From: Clostridiales bacterium
GTDB lineage: Bacteria; Bacillota; Clostridia; Oscillospirales; Oscillospiraceae
Length of the DNA: 64,000 nt
Assembly (NCBI GenBank): GCA_004556755.1
Contig: SFFW01000006.1
Span: forward strand, 66,283-130,282
Reading direction: 5' to 3'
The notes beneath the pieces were generated by a model. The model searched no databases and was not told the origin of the DNA. It saw only the letters and a program-made list of their open reading frames with translations. A program made the translations under genes and the position numbers. Each line of letters starts with the position of its first letter. The stretch's first letter is position 1. Shown here in pieces: positions 54,514 to 64,000 of the stretch.

Positions 54514-55133
54514 AAATGCTTATTAAAACACTTCCCGTGGGACAGCTTGAGGCAAACTGCTACGTCGTTACGGACGAGAAGACCCTTGACTGTGCCGTTA
54601 TAGACCCCGGCGACGAGAGCAACACCATACTCGATTACCTTGAGGACAACAAGCTCTCCTGCAAGGCAATACTGCTCACGCACGGACATTTTGACCATGT
54701 GGGTGCGGTGCAGGCGGTCGCCGAGGAGACGGGAGCTACGACCTATATACACCCCGCCGACGAGGGCTACCGTGTGGGCATGAGCGGCATGATGTTCAGA
54801 CTCCCCGAAAACGGAAAGACCTACTCCGACGGCGACGTTATAAAGGCCGGCTCGCTTGAGTTTGCGGTGATGTCAACGCCGGGACACAGCCCCGGCAGCG
54901 TGTGCCTCATATGCGAGGACGCACTGTTCACCGGCGACACGATATTCAGAGGCTCCTGCGGCAGAACGGATCTCCCCGGCGGAGACATGGCTGCCGAGAT
55001 GCGCTCCATTAAGCGCATATGCGAGCTGCCGGGGGACTATGAGCTGTACCCCGGACACATGGACGCTTCCACGCTTGAGCGTGAGCGGAGATTCAACCAT
55101 TACTGCCGTGAGGCAATGAGCGGAAGATACTGA
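54510..55133 (+). CDS. MBL-fold metallo-hydrolase (GloB-like)
   Basis: LTHGHFDHVG motif. 207 aa. Follows dtd, as is common in Firmicutes. Confidence 0.8.
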   Translation: MKMLIKTLPVGQLEANCYVVTDEKTLDCAVIDPGDESNTILDYLEDNKLSCKAILLTHGHFDHVGAVQAVAEETGATTYIHPADEGYRVGMSGMMFRLPENGKTYSDGDVIKAGSLEFAVMSTPGHSPGSVCLICEDALFTGDTIFRGSCGRTDLPGGDMAAEMRSIKRICELPGDYELYPGHMDASTLERERRFNHYCREAMSGRY

Positions 55134-55159
55134 TAATAACAGGAGAGAGTGAGAGTAAA

Positions 55160-56116
55160 ATGGATACGGCAATAGTCGTCCTACTGTTTGTTGCGGGACT
55201 GGTTCTTATCATCAAGGGCGGAGACTGGTTCGTGGATTCCGCCGTGTGGATCGCTAATGTAACGGGAATACCCAAGTTCATCGTCGGTGCGACGATAGTC
55301 AGTTTGTGTACCACTCTGCCGGAGCTTACCGTGTCGCTTTTGGGCGTCGTTGACGGTGAGTACGACATGGCGGTCGGCAACGCCATCGGCTCCGTTACGG
55401 CGAACATCGGTCTTATCATGGGCATTTCGCTCGTGTGCATACCCTCGGCCGTGAAGCGTGGCAGCTTCTGGCTCAAGGCAACGCTCATGTCCCTTGCGGC
55501 AGCGCTTTTGTGGCTGCTTTGCAGGGGCGGCAGACTTGAATTTCTGCCGAGCATCATCCTGCTTGTGATCCTTGCCGTGTACATTTACGACAATATCCGT
55601 GACGCAAAGAAGAACATCGGTACCGAGGCGGTGGACACCGCCGACAAAAAGGACGCACCGAAGATGATAGTCCTGCTCGTTGTCGGCGTTGCGGCGATCG
55701 TCGGCGGCTCGCAGCTTCTCATAACCTACGGCAGCAAGCTTGCGGCGCTGCTCGGCGTTCCCGCTGCGATAATCGGCGTTACCATGGTCGCCATCGGCAC
55801 CTCTCTGCCGGAGCTTATAACGACCCTGACTGCCATCCGCAAGAAGGAAGCCTCGATGTCCGTCGGCAATATCATCGGTGCAAACGTCATCGACCTTGCG
55901 CTCATTCTGCCGGTATGCTCCCTCGTGTCCGAGGGCAGCCTTACCATCGGCAGGCAGTCGTATGCACTGGATATGCCCGTCTGCTTCGGCATGACGCTGC
56001 TTGCGATACTCCCGCCCATCATCACGGGCAAGACGCACAGGCTTCAGGGCATCCTGTTGCTTGTCGGCTATGCCGCATACATCGTCGTGCTTGTGACCAA
56101 GTTCGGCGTTGCGTAA
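55160..56116 (+). CDS. CaCA-family sodium/calcium exchanger membrane protein (YrbG-like)
   Basis: Two alpha-repeat regions (GATIVSLCTTLPEL and AIGTSLPELITT). 10 TM helices. Confidence 0.85.
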   Translation: MDTAIVVLLFVAGLVLIIKGGDWFVDSAVWIANVTGIPKFIVGATIVSLCTTLPELTVSLLGVVDGEYDMAVGNAIGSVTANIGLIMGISLVCIPSAVKRGSFWLKATLMSLAAALLWLLCRGGRLEFLPSIILLVILAVYIYDNIRDAKKNIGTEAVDTADKKDAPKMIVLLVVGVAAIVGGSQLLITYGSKLAALLGVPAAIIGVTMVAIGTSLPELITTLTAIRKKEASMSVGNIIGANVIDLALILPVCSLVSEGSLTIGRQSYALDMPVCFGMTLLAILPPIITGKTHRLQGILLLVGYAAYIVVLVTKFGVA

Positions 56117-56131
56117 CATTAAACGAAAATG

Positions 56132-56164
56132 AAAAAACCGAGGTGCTATGCACCTCGGTTTTTT
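56132..56164. terminator. bidirectional terminator
   Basis: AAAAAACCGAGGTGC TATG CACCTCGGTTTTTT, between convergent genes. Confidence 0.85.
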
Positions 56165-56172
56165 CATGTGTG

Positions 56173-58260
56173 TCAGTTTACGCTGAAGAGTATCTCGCCG
56201 TAGGTCGGCATGGGCCAGTATTCCGCAGAGGTATGTACCTCAAGCTCGTCAACGAGACTGCGGAGCCTTGTCATCGTCGGTATGAGCCGATCACGCCCTG
56301 CGACCGCACGGGTGTAGTTTTCCGGCAGCGCCGACACGTCGGCAATGGCGGCGTCCAGCTCACGGGCAACGTCGCAGCAGGAAGAAATAAGCCGGCTTAT
56401 GTGCGCAGCGCCGTCCTTCTCGAATGAGCATTCGATGCCGAGCTCCTGCTTTGAGATCGCAGCGTTTGCAAGCTCCGCCGAGTATGCGCTCACTGCGGGC
56501 AGAATGTCACGCCGCAGCATATGTAGCATGGTCTCCGCCTCGATGCGAAGCACCTTGCAGTAGTTGTCAAGCTTCATCTTATAGCGTGCCGCAAGCTCGA
56601 TCTCGGAGTAGACGCTGTGGCGAATAAACAGCTCGACGTTCTTCTGCTCAAGGTATGCGTGGGCGCAGTCGGGGGTGGTGCGGAGGTTTAAAAGCCCTCT
56701 GCGTTCGGCCTCCTTGAGCCACTCCTCGCCGTAGCCGTTGCCGTTAAAGATGATGCGCTTATGCTTGCGGATGACACGGCGGATAAGCTCGTGCAGGTCG
56801 TTTTCAAAGTTGTCGGACAGCTCAAGCTCGTTTGCGTACTGCCGCAGCGACTCCGCAACGGCGGTGTTTATAACGACGTTTGCGCCGGAAATGGAGCTTG
56901 ACGAACCCGGCATACGGAACTCAAACTTGTTGCCGGTGAAGGCAAAGGGGGAGGTGCGGTTGCGGTCGGTGGTGTCCTTGGGGAGCTTCGGCAGCGCATG
57001 AACGCCGACCTTTATAAGCTCCTTCTCCTTACCGCCGTAAGGCTCGCCCCGCTCGATTGCATTGAGTATCTCCTCCAGCTCCTCGCCGACGTACACGGAG
57101 ATGACCGCCGGGGGAGCCTCGTCCGCACCGAGGCGCAGATCGTTCGAGGCGCTCGTGATCGACAGGCGCAGCATATCCTGATAATCGTCCACTGCCTGTA
57201 TCACGGCGCAGAGCATGAGCAGAAACTGTGCGTTTTCGTAGGGCGTTTCGCCCGGCTCAAGCAGGTTCGCACCCGTGCCGGTGGTCATGGACCAGTTGTT
57301 GTGCTTGCCGGAGCCGTTGACGCCCGCAAAGGGCTTTTCGTGCAGCAGACAGACCATGCCGTGCTTCTTTGCGATCTTCTGCATAAGCTCCATCGTTATC
57401 TGATTGTGGTCGGCGGCGATGTTCGTCGTCATAAACACGGGGGCAAGCTCGTGCTGTGCCGGGGCGACCTCGTTATGCTCGGTCTTTGCAAGGATGCCGA
57501 GCTTCCAAAGCTCCTCGTCAAGCTCTGCCATGAAAGCGGCGACACGGGGCTTTATCATGCCGTAGTAGTGGTCGCCGAGCTCCTGGCCCTTGGGCGGCTT
57601 TGCGCCGAACAGGGTGCGCCCGGTGTACACAAGATCGGGACGGCGCAGGAACACGTCCTCGTCGATGAGGAAATACTCCTGTTCGGGTCCGCAGGTGGTC
57701 TTGACAAAGCCTGCGTCGCCGTTGCCGAACAGTCTCAGCACACGCATACCCTGACGGTTTATCGCCTCCATCGAACGCAGCAGCGGCGTTTTTTTGTCGA
57801 GCGCCTCGCCGCCGTAGGAGCAGAATGCGGTTGGGATGCAGAGAGTGTCGTCCTTAATGAATGCGTAGGAGGTGGGGTCCCATGCGGTGTAGCCCCTCGC
57901 CTCGAAGGTCGCACGCAGTCCGCCCGTGGGGAAGCTGGAGGCGTCCGGCTCGCCCTTTATAAGCTCCTTACCGGAAAACTCCATGATTATTCTGCCGCCG
58001 TCGGCGGGAGCGATGAAGCTGTCGTGCTTTTCGGCGGTTATGCCTGTCATGGGCTGGAACCAGTGGGTGAAGTGCGTTGCGCCCTTCTCGATCGCCCAGT
58101 CCTTCATGGCGTTTGCGACCACGTCGGCGGTGCTGCGGTCAAGCCCTTTGCCGAGCTTTATCGAAAGCTGTACCTGCCTGTACGCCTCGCCGGGGAGACG
58201 TGCCTTCATGACAGAGTCGTTGAACACCATCGTTCCGAATATGTCAGTTACGTTTTTCAA
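56173..58260 (-). CDS. glnN: glutamine synthetase type III
   Basis: 695 aa, the length of GSIII enzymes. N-terminus [15 protein letters not shown] and catalytic region [20 protein letters not shown]. Confidence 0.9.
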   Translation of the reverse strand: MKNVTDIFGTMVFNDSVMKARLPGEAYRQVQLSIKLGKGLDRSTADVVANAMKDWAIEKGATHFTHWFQPMTGITAEKHDSFIAPADGGRIIMEFSGKELIKGEPDASSFPTGGLRATFEARGYTAWDPTSYAFIKDDTLCIPTAFCSYGGEALDKKTPLLRSMEAINRQGMRVLRLFGNGDAGFVKTTCGPEQEYFLIDEDVFLRRPDLVYTGRTLFGAKPPKGQELGDHYYGMIKPRVAAFMAELDEELWKLGILAKTEHNEVAPAQHELAPVFMTTNIAADHNQITMELMQKIAKKHGMVCLLHEKPFAGVNGSGKHNNWSMTTGTGANLLEPGETPYENAQFLLMLCAVIQAVDDYQDMLRLSITSASNDLRLGADEAPPAVISVYVGEELEEILNAIERGEPYGGKEKELIKVGVHALPKLPKDTTDRNRTSPFAFTGNKFEFRMPGSSSSISGANVVINTAVAESLRQYANELELSDNFENDLHELIRRVIRKHKRIIFNGNGYGEEWLKEAERRGLLNLRTTPDCAHAYLEQKNVELFIRHSVYSEIELAARYKMKLDNYCKVLRIEAETMLHMLRRDILPAVSAYSAELANAAISKQELGIECSFEKDGAAHISRLISSCCDVARELDAAIADVSALPENYTRAVAGRDRLIPTMTRLRSLVDELEVHTSAEYWPMPTYGEILFSVN

Positions 58261-58281
58261 TGCGTTTCTCCTTGGGCTTTA

Positions 58282-60234
58282 TCAGCAGAGACGGAAGCCT
58301 GCGGGAACGGAGTCGTCGAGCATCAGAAGATGCAGCTCCTCCTTGCCGTCATGCTCGTGAACTGCGCTTATGAGCATACCGCAGGAATCCTGTCCCATCA
58401 TCTTGCGGGCGGGGAGATTGAGTATCGCCACGACGGTCTTGCCAACTAACTGCTCCGGCTCGTAGAAAGCGTGGATACCGGAGAGAATCTGACGGGGGGT
58501 GCCGGAGCCGTCGTCGAGAATGAACTTTAAAAGCTTGCTGCTCTTTTTGACTGCCTCGCAGGAGATGACCTTGCACACACGCATATCGCACTTTGCAAAG
58601 TCGTCGATGCTCACGTCGGGCAGCACGGGCGGGAACTTGGGAGCGGCTGCGGGAGCGCTCTTGCGGCGCTCAAGCTCCTCAAGAGCCTTGGCGGCGTCGA
58701 TGCGGGGGAACAGGGTCTCGCCCTTGTGGACGGTAACGGTGAGCGGCAGAACGCCGTACTTTCCTGCGTTTTCCCACGTCGCAAGGTCGGATGCGCCGAT
58801 CTGCGCAAGCGCCTTATCGCAGCTTTCGGGGATGAAGGGGCGGAGCATGGTGAGGGACACCCGCAGCGCCTCAAGCAGATTGTAAAGCACGCTTGCAAGG
58901 CGGGGGCGGTCCTCCTCGTTCTTTGCCAGCACCCAGGGGGCTGTCTCGTCGATGTACTTGTTCGCACGCTGGATGAGGCGGAATACCTCCTCAAGAGCAA
59001 GGTGGAGCTGGAACTTATCCATCTGCGCCTCGTACTTTGCGGCGGTACCTTCGATCATGGAGATAAGCTCGTCGTCAAGCGCATCGGGACGGCGCTCGGA
59101 GGAAAGCTCACCGCCGAAGTATTTCTCGACCATGGCGGTGGTGCGGGAGACGAGGTTGCCGAGGTCGTTTGCAAGGTCGGTGTTGATGGTGGAGATAAGC
59201 AGCTCGTTTGAGAAGTTGCCGTCGGAGCCGAAGGGGAAGGTGCGCAGCAGGAAGAAGCGCAGCGCATCGACGCCGAACATATCCGCAAGCAGGTAGGGAT
59301 CGACGACGTTGCCCTTGGACTTGCTCATCTTGCCGCCGTCGATGACGAGCCAGCCGTGACCGTAGACCTTCTTGGGCAGCGGCATCTCCATGCTCATGAG
59401 CATTGCGGGCCAAATGATGGAGTGGAAGCGGACTATCTCCTTGCCGACTATGTGAACGTCGGCAGGCCAATACTTTTCGTAGTCGGAGTCGGGGTAGCCG
59501 TCGTTGAGGAAGCCGAGTGCGGTGCAGTAGTTAAACAGCGCATCGACCCAAACGTACACGACGTGACCCGGATCGAAGTCGACGGGGATGCCCCACTTGA
59601 AGCTCGTGCGGGAAACGCAGAGGTCCTCAAGACCGGGCTTTATGAAGTTGTTTATCATCTCGTTGACACGGGAGGCAGGCTCCAAGAAGGTGCCGCTTTC
59701 AAGCAGCTCCTGAACGGGCTTTGCGTACTTTGAAAGGCGGAAGAAGTAGGCCTCCTCCTCGGCGTAATGCACCTCTCTGCCGCAGTCGGGACATTTGCCG
59801 TCCTTGAGCTGGCTTTCGGTCCAAAAGCTTTCGCAGGGGGTGCAGTACATTCCCTTGTATGCGCCCTTGTAGATGTCGCCCTTGTCGTACATCTTGCGGA
59901 AGATACGCTGCACCGCCTTGCAGTGGTAGTCGTCGGTGGTGCGGATGAAGCGGTCGTTGGATATGTTCATGAGCTTCCACAGATCCAGAACGCCCTTTTC
60001 GCCCTCGACTATACCGTCAAGGAAGTCCTTGGGGCTTTTGCCTGCGGCGATCGCCTTTTCTTCGATTTTCTGACCGTGCTCATCCGTGCCGGTGAGAAAC
60101 ATAACGTCATATCCGCACATTCGCTTGTACCGGGCTATCGCATCGGTGGCGACGGTGCAGTAGGTGTGACCTATATGCAGCTTGTCGGAGGGGTAGTAGA
60201 TTGGGGTGGTGATGTAGAATTTTCCCTTGTTCAT
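58282..60234 (-). CDS. metG: methionine--tRNA ligase with C-terminal tRNA-binding domain
   Basis: HIGH variant LHIGH, KMSKS, zinc knuckle CTPCESF...CPDCG. 650 aa. Confidence 0.95.
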   Translation of the reverse strand: MNKGKFYITTPIYYPSDKLHIGHTYCTVATDAIARYKRMCGYDVMFLTGTDEHGQKIEEKAIAAGKSPKDFLDGIVEGEKGVLDLWKLMNISNDRFIRTTDDYHCKAVQRIFRKMYDKGDIYKGAYKGMYCTPCESFWTESQLKDGKCPDCGREVHYAEEEAYFFRLSKYAKPVQELLESGTFLEPASRVNEMINNFIKPGLEDLCVSRTSFKWGIPVDFDPGHVVYVWVDALFNYCTALGFLNDGYPDSDYEKYWPADVHIVGKEIVRFHSIIWPAMLMSMEMPLPKKVYGHGWLVIDGGKMSKSKGNVVDPYLLADMFGVDALRFFLLRTFPFGSDGNFSNELLISTINTDLANDLGNLVSRTTAMVEKYFGGELSSERRPDALDDELISMIEGTAAKYEAQMDKFQLHLALEEVFRLIQRANKYIDETAPWVLAKNEEDRPRLASVLYNLLEALRVSLTMLRPFIPESCDKALAQIGASDLATWENAGKYGVLPLTVTVHKGETLFPRIDAAKALEELERRKSAPAAAPKFPPVLPDVSIDDFAKCDMRVCKVISCEAVKKSSKLLKFILDDGSGTPRQILSGIHAFYEPEQLVGKTVVAILNLPARKMMGQDSCGMLISAVHEHDGKEELHLLMLDDSVPAGFRLC

Positions 60235-60256
60235 GTTTCTCTTCTCCTTTGTATTG

Positions 60257-61924
60257 TCAAGGCTCCGCCGGAGCCGGGGTTTCGGTGGGGGTCGGTTCTG
60301 CCGAGGGAGTCGGAGTCGGCTCCTCGGAGGGCGTGGGCGCAGGCGACGGGGTCGGCTCCTCCGGCCACTTAATGTTCTCCTCGTGGTAGTGGTAGTAGCT
60401 CGTATCTTCCTTGGTGCGGCTTAACAGCGTACCGTCGGCGGCGTACACGTTGCGGTAGGTGGTGGCATTCGTGCCGATCGCAACGTCGGGATAGCGGTTG
60501 TCGTATGCGGTCGAGGCGGCGTAGGTTATCTCAACGTAGCTGCCGTCAACGTCCGTACCCCAGATCTCCACGGTGAGCGAGCGCTCGGTCATATCGCATT
60601 TTGCGACTATCTTAACGGGGTAGTCCCTGTCATTTTTGAATTTGAATTCCGGACCGCCCCACGAAACGGTGGCGTCCATGCCGTAGGGCAGGTAGGACAC
60701 CGCAAAATAGTGGCAGTCACGGGCGGTTATCTTGAGGTTTGCAAGCAGGGCAGAGCAGTAGAGCGTTGACGACACCTGACATATGCCGCCGCCTATCTGC
60801 GTGACCTCCTTGCCTCCGGCATAGGCTCCGGCGGGCTTGAAGCCCGCAGCCGAGGTGCGCTTTCCCACAACGTCGTTAAACGAGAAGGTCTCGCCGGGAT
60901 TCAGCACCACGCCGTCTATCTTCTCCGCCGCAAGGCGGACGTTCGTGCAGCGATCCGAGGAGCTGCTTTTAAAGGTCGTCGTCTTTGAGCCGAGACAGTC
61001 TGCGAAAAGCTCGGTGCCGAGCGTTTCGGAGGAAAGCTTCGGCTGAGTGACGGTGAGCGGGATGACGACAAGCTCACCGGGTTTGGCTTTGTCAAAGAGC
61101 TTTGCCGCCTCTTTGGGGTCGAAGTCAAGCCCCGCCTTGCTCTGCGTAAGGCAGTGGTTTTCGGCGTCGTATGCGGCGTCTACGGGATCGCACTTTATCT
61201 CCTCACGGAGCTTTTCAAAGTCCGGGGTCTCGGCTTCCTCTATCCCGGCGGCGTAGCTTATGCGCTCGTCGCCCTGTTCAAACGCCTTTGCGATGAGCGA
61301 GCAAAGCTCGTCTGCATCGGGCTTCATGCTCTCGGCACCCTTGATGAGGGAGAGCGTCGCCGCCTCCTCGTCGATCTGAGCCTCCGACGCAAGCTTTTTA
61401 AACTCCGAAAGCTCCGACTCGACCTTGGCTTTGAGCGCCTTTTCGTCGACCGCTGCGGTTATCGCAGCGCCGTCGGTCTTTCCGGCTATACATTTAAAAT
61501 ATGCAAGCAGGTTTTCGAAGGGGTCGTCGCCGTGACCGTAGGCGTATGCCGCCTGCGCCGCTTCTTCGGCGTCGAGCCGCAGTCCGGCATCGTCCGCCGT
61601 GACGGTAAATTCACGGTCGCCGGGGAGCGACACGGTGACGGGGGAGATGTCCCCTCCGTTCCATCCGGCATCGTTTAGCGCTGCCGTCGCCTCCGAGACG
61701 GTCATGCCGCCGAGGGAAACGCCGCCTATGCTGATGTTCGGGTATACGGTGTCGCCGCTGCCGACGATGAAGCCGCCGAGCGCACACAGCGCAATGACCG
61801 CAGTCAGTCCGAGAACGATGCCCAAAACGACGTTTCTGCCCCGCTTTGAGCGTTTCTCACTTTTCGGAGCCTTCTTTTTCTCTGCCGGCTTGCTTTTATT
61901 CGCAAGGTGTCTGCCCTTTGCCAT
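60257..61924 (-). CDS. VanW-family protein with N-terminal membrane anchor and Pro/Thr-rich tail
   Basis: GGGICQVSSTLY VanW motif. Tail PEEPTPSPAPTPSEEPTPTPSAEPTPTETPAPAEP. ATG 61924. Confidence 0.8.
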   Translation of the reverse strand: MAKGRHLANKSKPAEKKKAPKSEKRSKRGRNVVLGIVLGLTAVIALCALGGFIVGSGDTVYPNISIGGVSLGGMTVSEATAALNDAGWNGGDISPVTVSLPGDREFTVTADDAGLRLDAEEAAQAAYAYGHGDDPFENLLAYFKCIAGKTDGAAITAAVDEKALKAKVESELSEFKKLASEAQIDEEAATLSLIKGAESMKPDADELCSLIAKAFEQGDERISYAAGIEEAETPDFEKLREEIKCDPVDAAYDAENHCLTQSKAGLDFDPKEAAKLFDKAKPGELVVIPLTVTQPKLSSETLGTELFADCLGSKTTTFKSSSSDRCTNVRLAAEKIDGVVLNPGETFSFNDVVGKRTSAAGFKPAGAYAGGKEVTQIGGGICQVSSTLYCSALLANLKITARDCHYFAVSYLPYGMDATVSWGGPEFKFKNDRDYPVKIVAKCDMTERSLTVEIWGTDVDGSYVEITYAASTAYDNRYPDVAIGTNATTYRNVYAADGTLLSRTKEDTSYYHYHEENIKWPEEPTPSPAPTPSEEPTPTPSAEPTPTETPAPAEP

Positions 61925-61937
61925 ATCGGTTCCTCTT

Positions 61938-63200
61938 TCAGTTCTTTTCGACCTGCTTACGGTAAAATTCCTTAAACTTTTCAAGATCGCCCTGCGGGAG
62001 CGGCTGCTTTTCCTCCGCATCGAAGGCGTCCTTCATCCACGGATTGTACTCCACCTTCGCCTCCGTCTGCGATTCAAGCATCGAGACGATGAGCGAGTTG
62101 GACACAAGGAAGCCCGACGGAGTGAGCCTCCAGCGGTCGCCGAGCTTTTCCGCCCAGCCCTTTTTCGCAAACTCCTCGAATTTGCGCTCCATGGGCGACC
62201 AGTCGCTGAGATAAATATTATGGTATTCCTTCTCGGATATGCCCCTTGAGGTGCGCATACCGAGCATAATGTATTCCGCCGCCTTCTGCACGGGCAGGCA
62301 GATCTCGTACTCGTCGATTATCTGCTTGTCTCCCATCACGGCGGCAATATAACGGTCAAGATCCCGCACATAGCTGTAACGCACGCCGTCGACATACGAA
62401 TGCGCACCGGGACCGAAGCCCATGTAATCGCCCATGGTCCAGTATTTGAGGTTGTGCTTCGACTCGTAGCCCGGCACCGCAAAGTTCGATATCTCGTACT
62501 GCTCAAGCCCGTAATGCTCAAGCGTCTCGACGGCGTAGAGGTACATATCCGCCTGCTCGTCGTCGTCGGGAATGAGGGGGGAGCCTACATAGCGGTACAT
62601 GGGAGTACCCTCCTCAAGCTTCAGTGCGTAGCAGGAAAGATGCTCCGGGTGCAGCTCCAAGGCCTTCGACAGCGTGTCCGCCCAGTCGCCCTTCGTCTGA
62701 CTCGGAAGACCGTAGATGAGGTCAAGGCTCACGTTCTCAAAGCCCGCACGCCTTGCGTTTTCGACTGCGGTCTGCGCCTGACGGAAGTTGTGCCGCCGAC
62801 CGATGATCTTTAAAAGATCACCGTTTGCCGACTGCACGCCGACGGACAGACGGTTGACGCCCGCCTTGCGCAGGAGCTTTAGGTCGTCGTACTTTACGCT
62901 GTCGGGGTTTACCTCGACGGTGATCTCAGAATCGAGACGCAGATTTCCCTGAAGCTTCAGCTCGTCGAGTATCTCGACTATGCGCTTTGCGCCGTAGTAG
63001 CTGGGGGTGCCGCCGCCGAAGTACACGGTGTCCACCTCAAAGCTCTTCGCCGCCTCCGCAGACTCGGATATGTGCGACAGCAGCGCCGACTGATAGTCCG
63101 GCATCTTGCGGTCACGGCCGGGGAGCGAGTAAAAATCGCAGTAGGCGCACTTGCTGGCGCAGAAGGGTATGTGGATGTATATTCCCAAGCGTTTGCCCAT
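61938..63200 (-). CDS. hemW: radical SAM heme chaperone HemW (HemN-like)
   Basis: CASKCAYCDF CxxxCxxC cluster motif. 420 aa. Confidence 0.85.
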   Translation of the reverse strand: MGKRLGIYIHIPFCASKCAYCDFYSLPGRDRKMPDYQSALLSHISESAEAAKSFEVDTVYFGGGTPSYYGAKRIVEILDELKLQGNLRLDSEITVEVNPDSVKYDDLKLLRKAGVNRLSVGVQSANGDLLKIIGRRHNFRQAQTAVENARRAGFENVSLDLIYGLPSQTKGDWADTLSKALELHPEHLSCYALKLEEGTPMYRYVGSPLIPDDDEQADMYLYAVETLEHYGLEQYEISNFAVPGYESKHNLKYWTMGDYMGFGPGAHSYVDGVRYSYVRDLDRYIAAVMGDKQIIDEYEICLPVQKAAEYIMLGMRTSRGISEKEYHNIYLSDWSPMERKFEEFAKKGWAEKLGDRWRLTPSGFLVSNSLIVSMLESQTEAKVEYNPWMKDAFDAEEKQPLPQGDLEKFKEFYRKQVEKN

Positions 63201-63252
63201 GAAAGACTTCCTTTCACCGACGGGGGGAGATACCCCCGTCGGCTCATGTTCT

Positions 63253-64000
63253 TTAGAAGAGTGAGGTCACCATATCGGAGTAGGCTGCCGGATCCTCAAG
63301 CTCAAGACCCGCAATAAGCTGCGCCTGAGCGTAGAGTATCTTCGAGAGCTTTGCCGCCTTGTCCTTTTCGAGGCTGTCGTATGCCATCTTGACCGCTCTG
63401 AACGCAGGGTGATCGGGGTTAATTTCAAGCACTCTGTTTGCACGGATCTTCCGCATCTCCTCGGAGGGGCTTACACGGAAGTACTTTTCCATCTCCAGCG
63501 TCACGCCGCCGGTTGTGGTCAGGCAGCAGGCGGAGGAGACGAGCTTGCTGGAGAAAACGACCTGCTTTAAGTTCTCGTCGCCGATGCTGTCACGCATGAA
63601 GTCGAGAAGCTCTTTTTCCTCCTCGCTCTTTTCGGCGGCAGCCTTCTTTTCCTCCTCGGTCTGGAAGCCGAGGTCGTCGGTGACGATGTTTATGAAGGGC
63701 TTGCCGTCTACCATGCGTATCTGCTGAAGCACCATCTCGTCGATGGGTGCGGTGAGGTACATTATCTCATAGCCTCTGGAGCGCACGTCCTCGCACTGGG
63801 GGAGGCTCATCGCCTGCTTGAGCGTATCGCCTGCGCAGTAGTATATCGCCTTCTGACTTTCGGGCATATTGTCGACGTACTCCTTGAGCGTTACCTGCTT
63901 GTCCTCTCCGGTGTAGTATATGAGCAGGTCCTTGAGGAAGTCGGTGTAGCGGCCGTACTCGTCGCAGACGCCGCACTTTATGTGGATGCCGAAGTTGTTC
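63253..64000 (-). CDS. htpG: molecular chaperone HtpG (Hsp90), C-terminal part; 5' end outside window
   Basis: The frame stays open to the window edge (..NNFGIHIKCGVCDEYGRYTDFLKDLLIYYTGEDKQVTLKEYVDNMPESQKAIYY..). The track lists only the part from an internal Met. Confidence 0.85.
   Translation of the reverse strand, partial: NNFGIHIKCGVCDEYGRYTDFLKDLLIYYTGEDKQVTLKEYVDNMPESQKAIYYCAGDTLKQAMSLPQCEDVRSRGYEIMYLTAPIDEMVLQQIRMVDGKPFINIVTDDLGFQTEEEKKAAAEKSEEEKELLDFMRDSIGDENLKQVVFSSKLVSSACCLTTTGGVTLEMEKYFRVSPSEEMRKIRANRVLEINPDHPAFRAVKMAYDSLEKDKAAKLSKILYAQAQLIAGLELEDPAAYSDMVTSLF

Noticed and set aside
56998-58449. 483-aa plus-strand ORF opposite glnN/metG. The same reasoning applies to 27862-29226, 51807-52997, 23454-24584, 55181-56167, 4437-5366 and 15892-16680.
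   Set aside because: All lie fully inside strongly supported genes on the other strand, lack RBS and motifs, and show shadow-frame composition.

Overview
GC-rich, mostly core-genome window from a spore-forming Firmicute (Clostridia-like: spoVAC, RNase Y, type III glutamine synthetase, clostridial ferredoxin, tungsten-type AOR). Genes are tightly packed, with many start/stop overlaps and many near-consensus sigma-A promoters and hairpin terminators. Order: THUMP RNA methyltransferase; OmpR-type two-component system plus HtrA protease; dgt-dnaG followed by TWO tandem sigA-like genes; TetR plus methyltransferase; a five-tRNA operon (Gly-Arg-His-Gln-Lys) with a duplicated tRNA-Lys 3' end; pepF; nadE; GH3 beta-glucosidase; an 8-gene surface-glycan locus (19.3-26.6 kb) whose distal part is AT-richer and holds a frameshifted glycosyltransferase; ferredoxin/polyferredoxin/AOR; TetR plus ABC-2 exporter; HAD; plsY-like; orphan spoVAC; LysR; HTH-TPR regulator overlapping an ABC exporter; aspartokinase plus ACT protein; DMT; PMT-like GT39; rny; ruvX; parvulin-like protein; tcdA; MBL plus TetR; def; tRNA-Leu; recJ-rel-dtd-MBL; CaCA; glnN-metG-vanW-hemW-htpG. 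I see no defence island, prophage, integrase, transposase or CRISPR array, and no convincing novel multi-gene system. The most interesting items are: (1) tandem full-length primary-sigma paralogs with conversion-like identical tracts; (2) a tRNA-Lys 3'-end/terminator duplication with a structured spacer; (3) a palindromic MITE/REP-like family (one full and several half copies) whose internal hairpin is kept by different sequences; (4) an RNPP-like HTH-TPR regulator coupled to an ABC exporter with no visible peptide gene; (5) several micro-ORFs missed by the 60-aa ORF track, including a clear 58-aa ferredoxin. Hand-located coordinates (tRNAs, promoters, hairpins) were checked against ORF-track frames but may be off by 1-2 nt. 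No database search or folding program was available.
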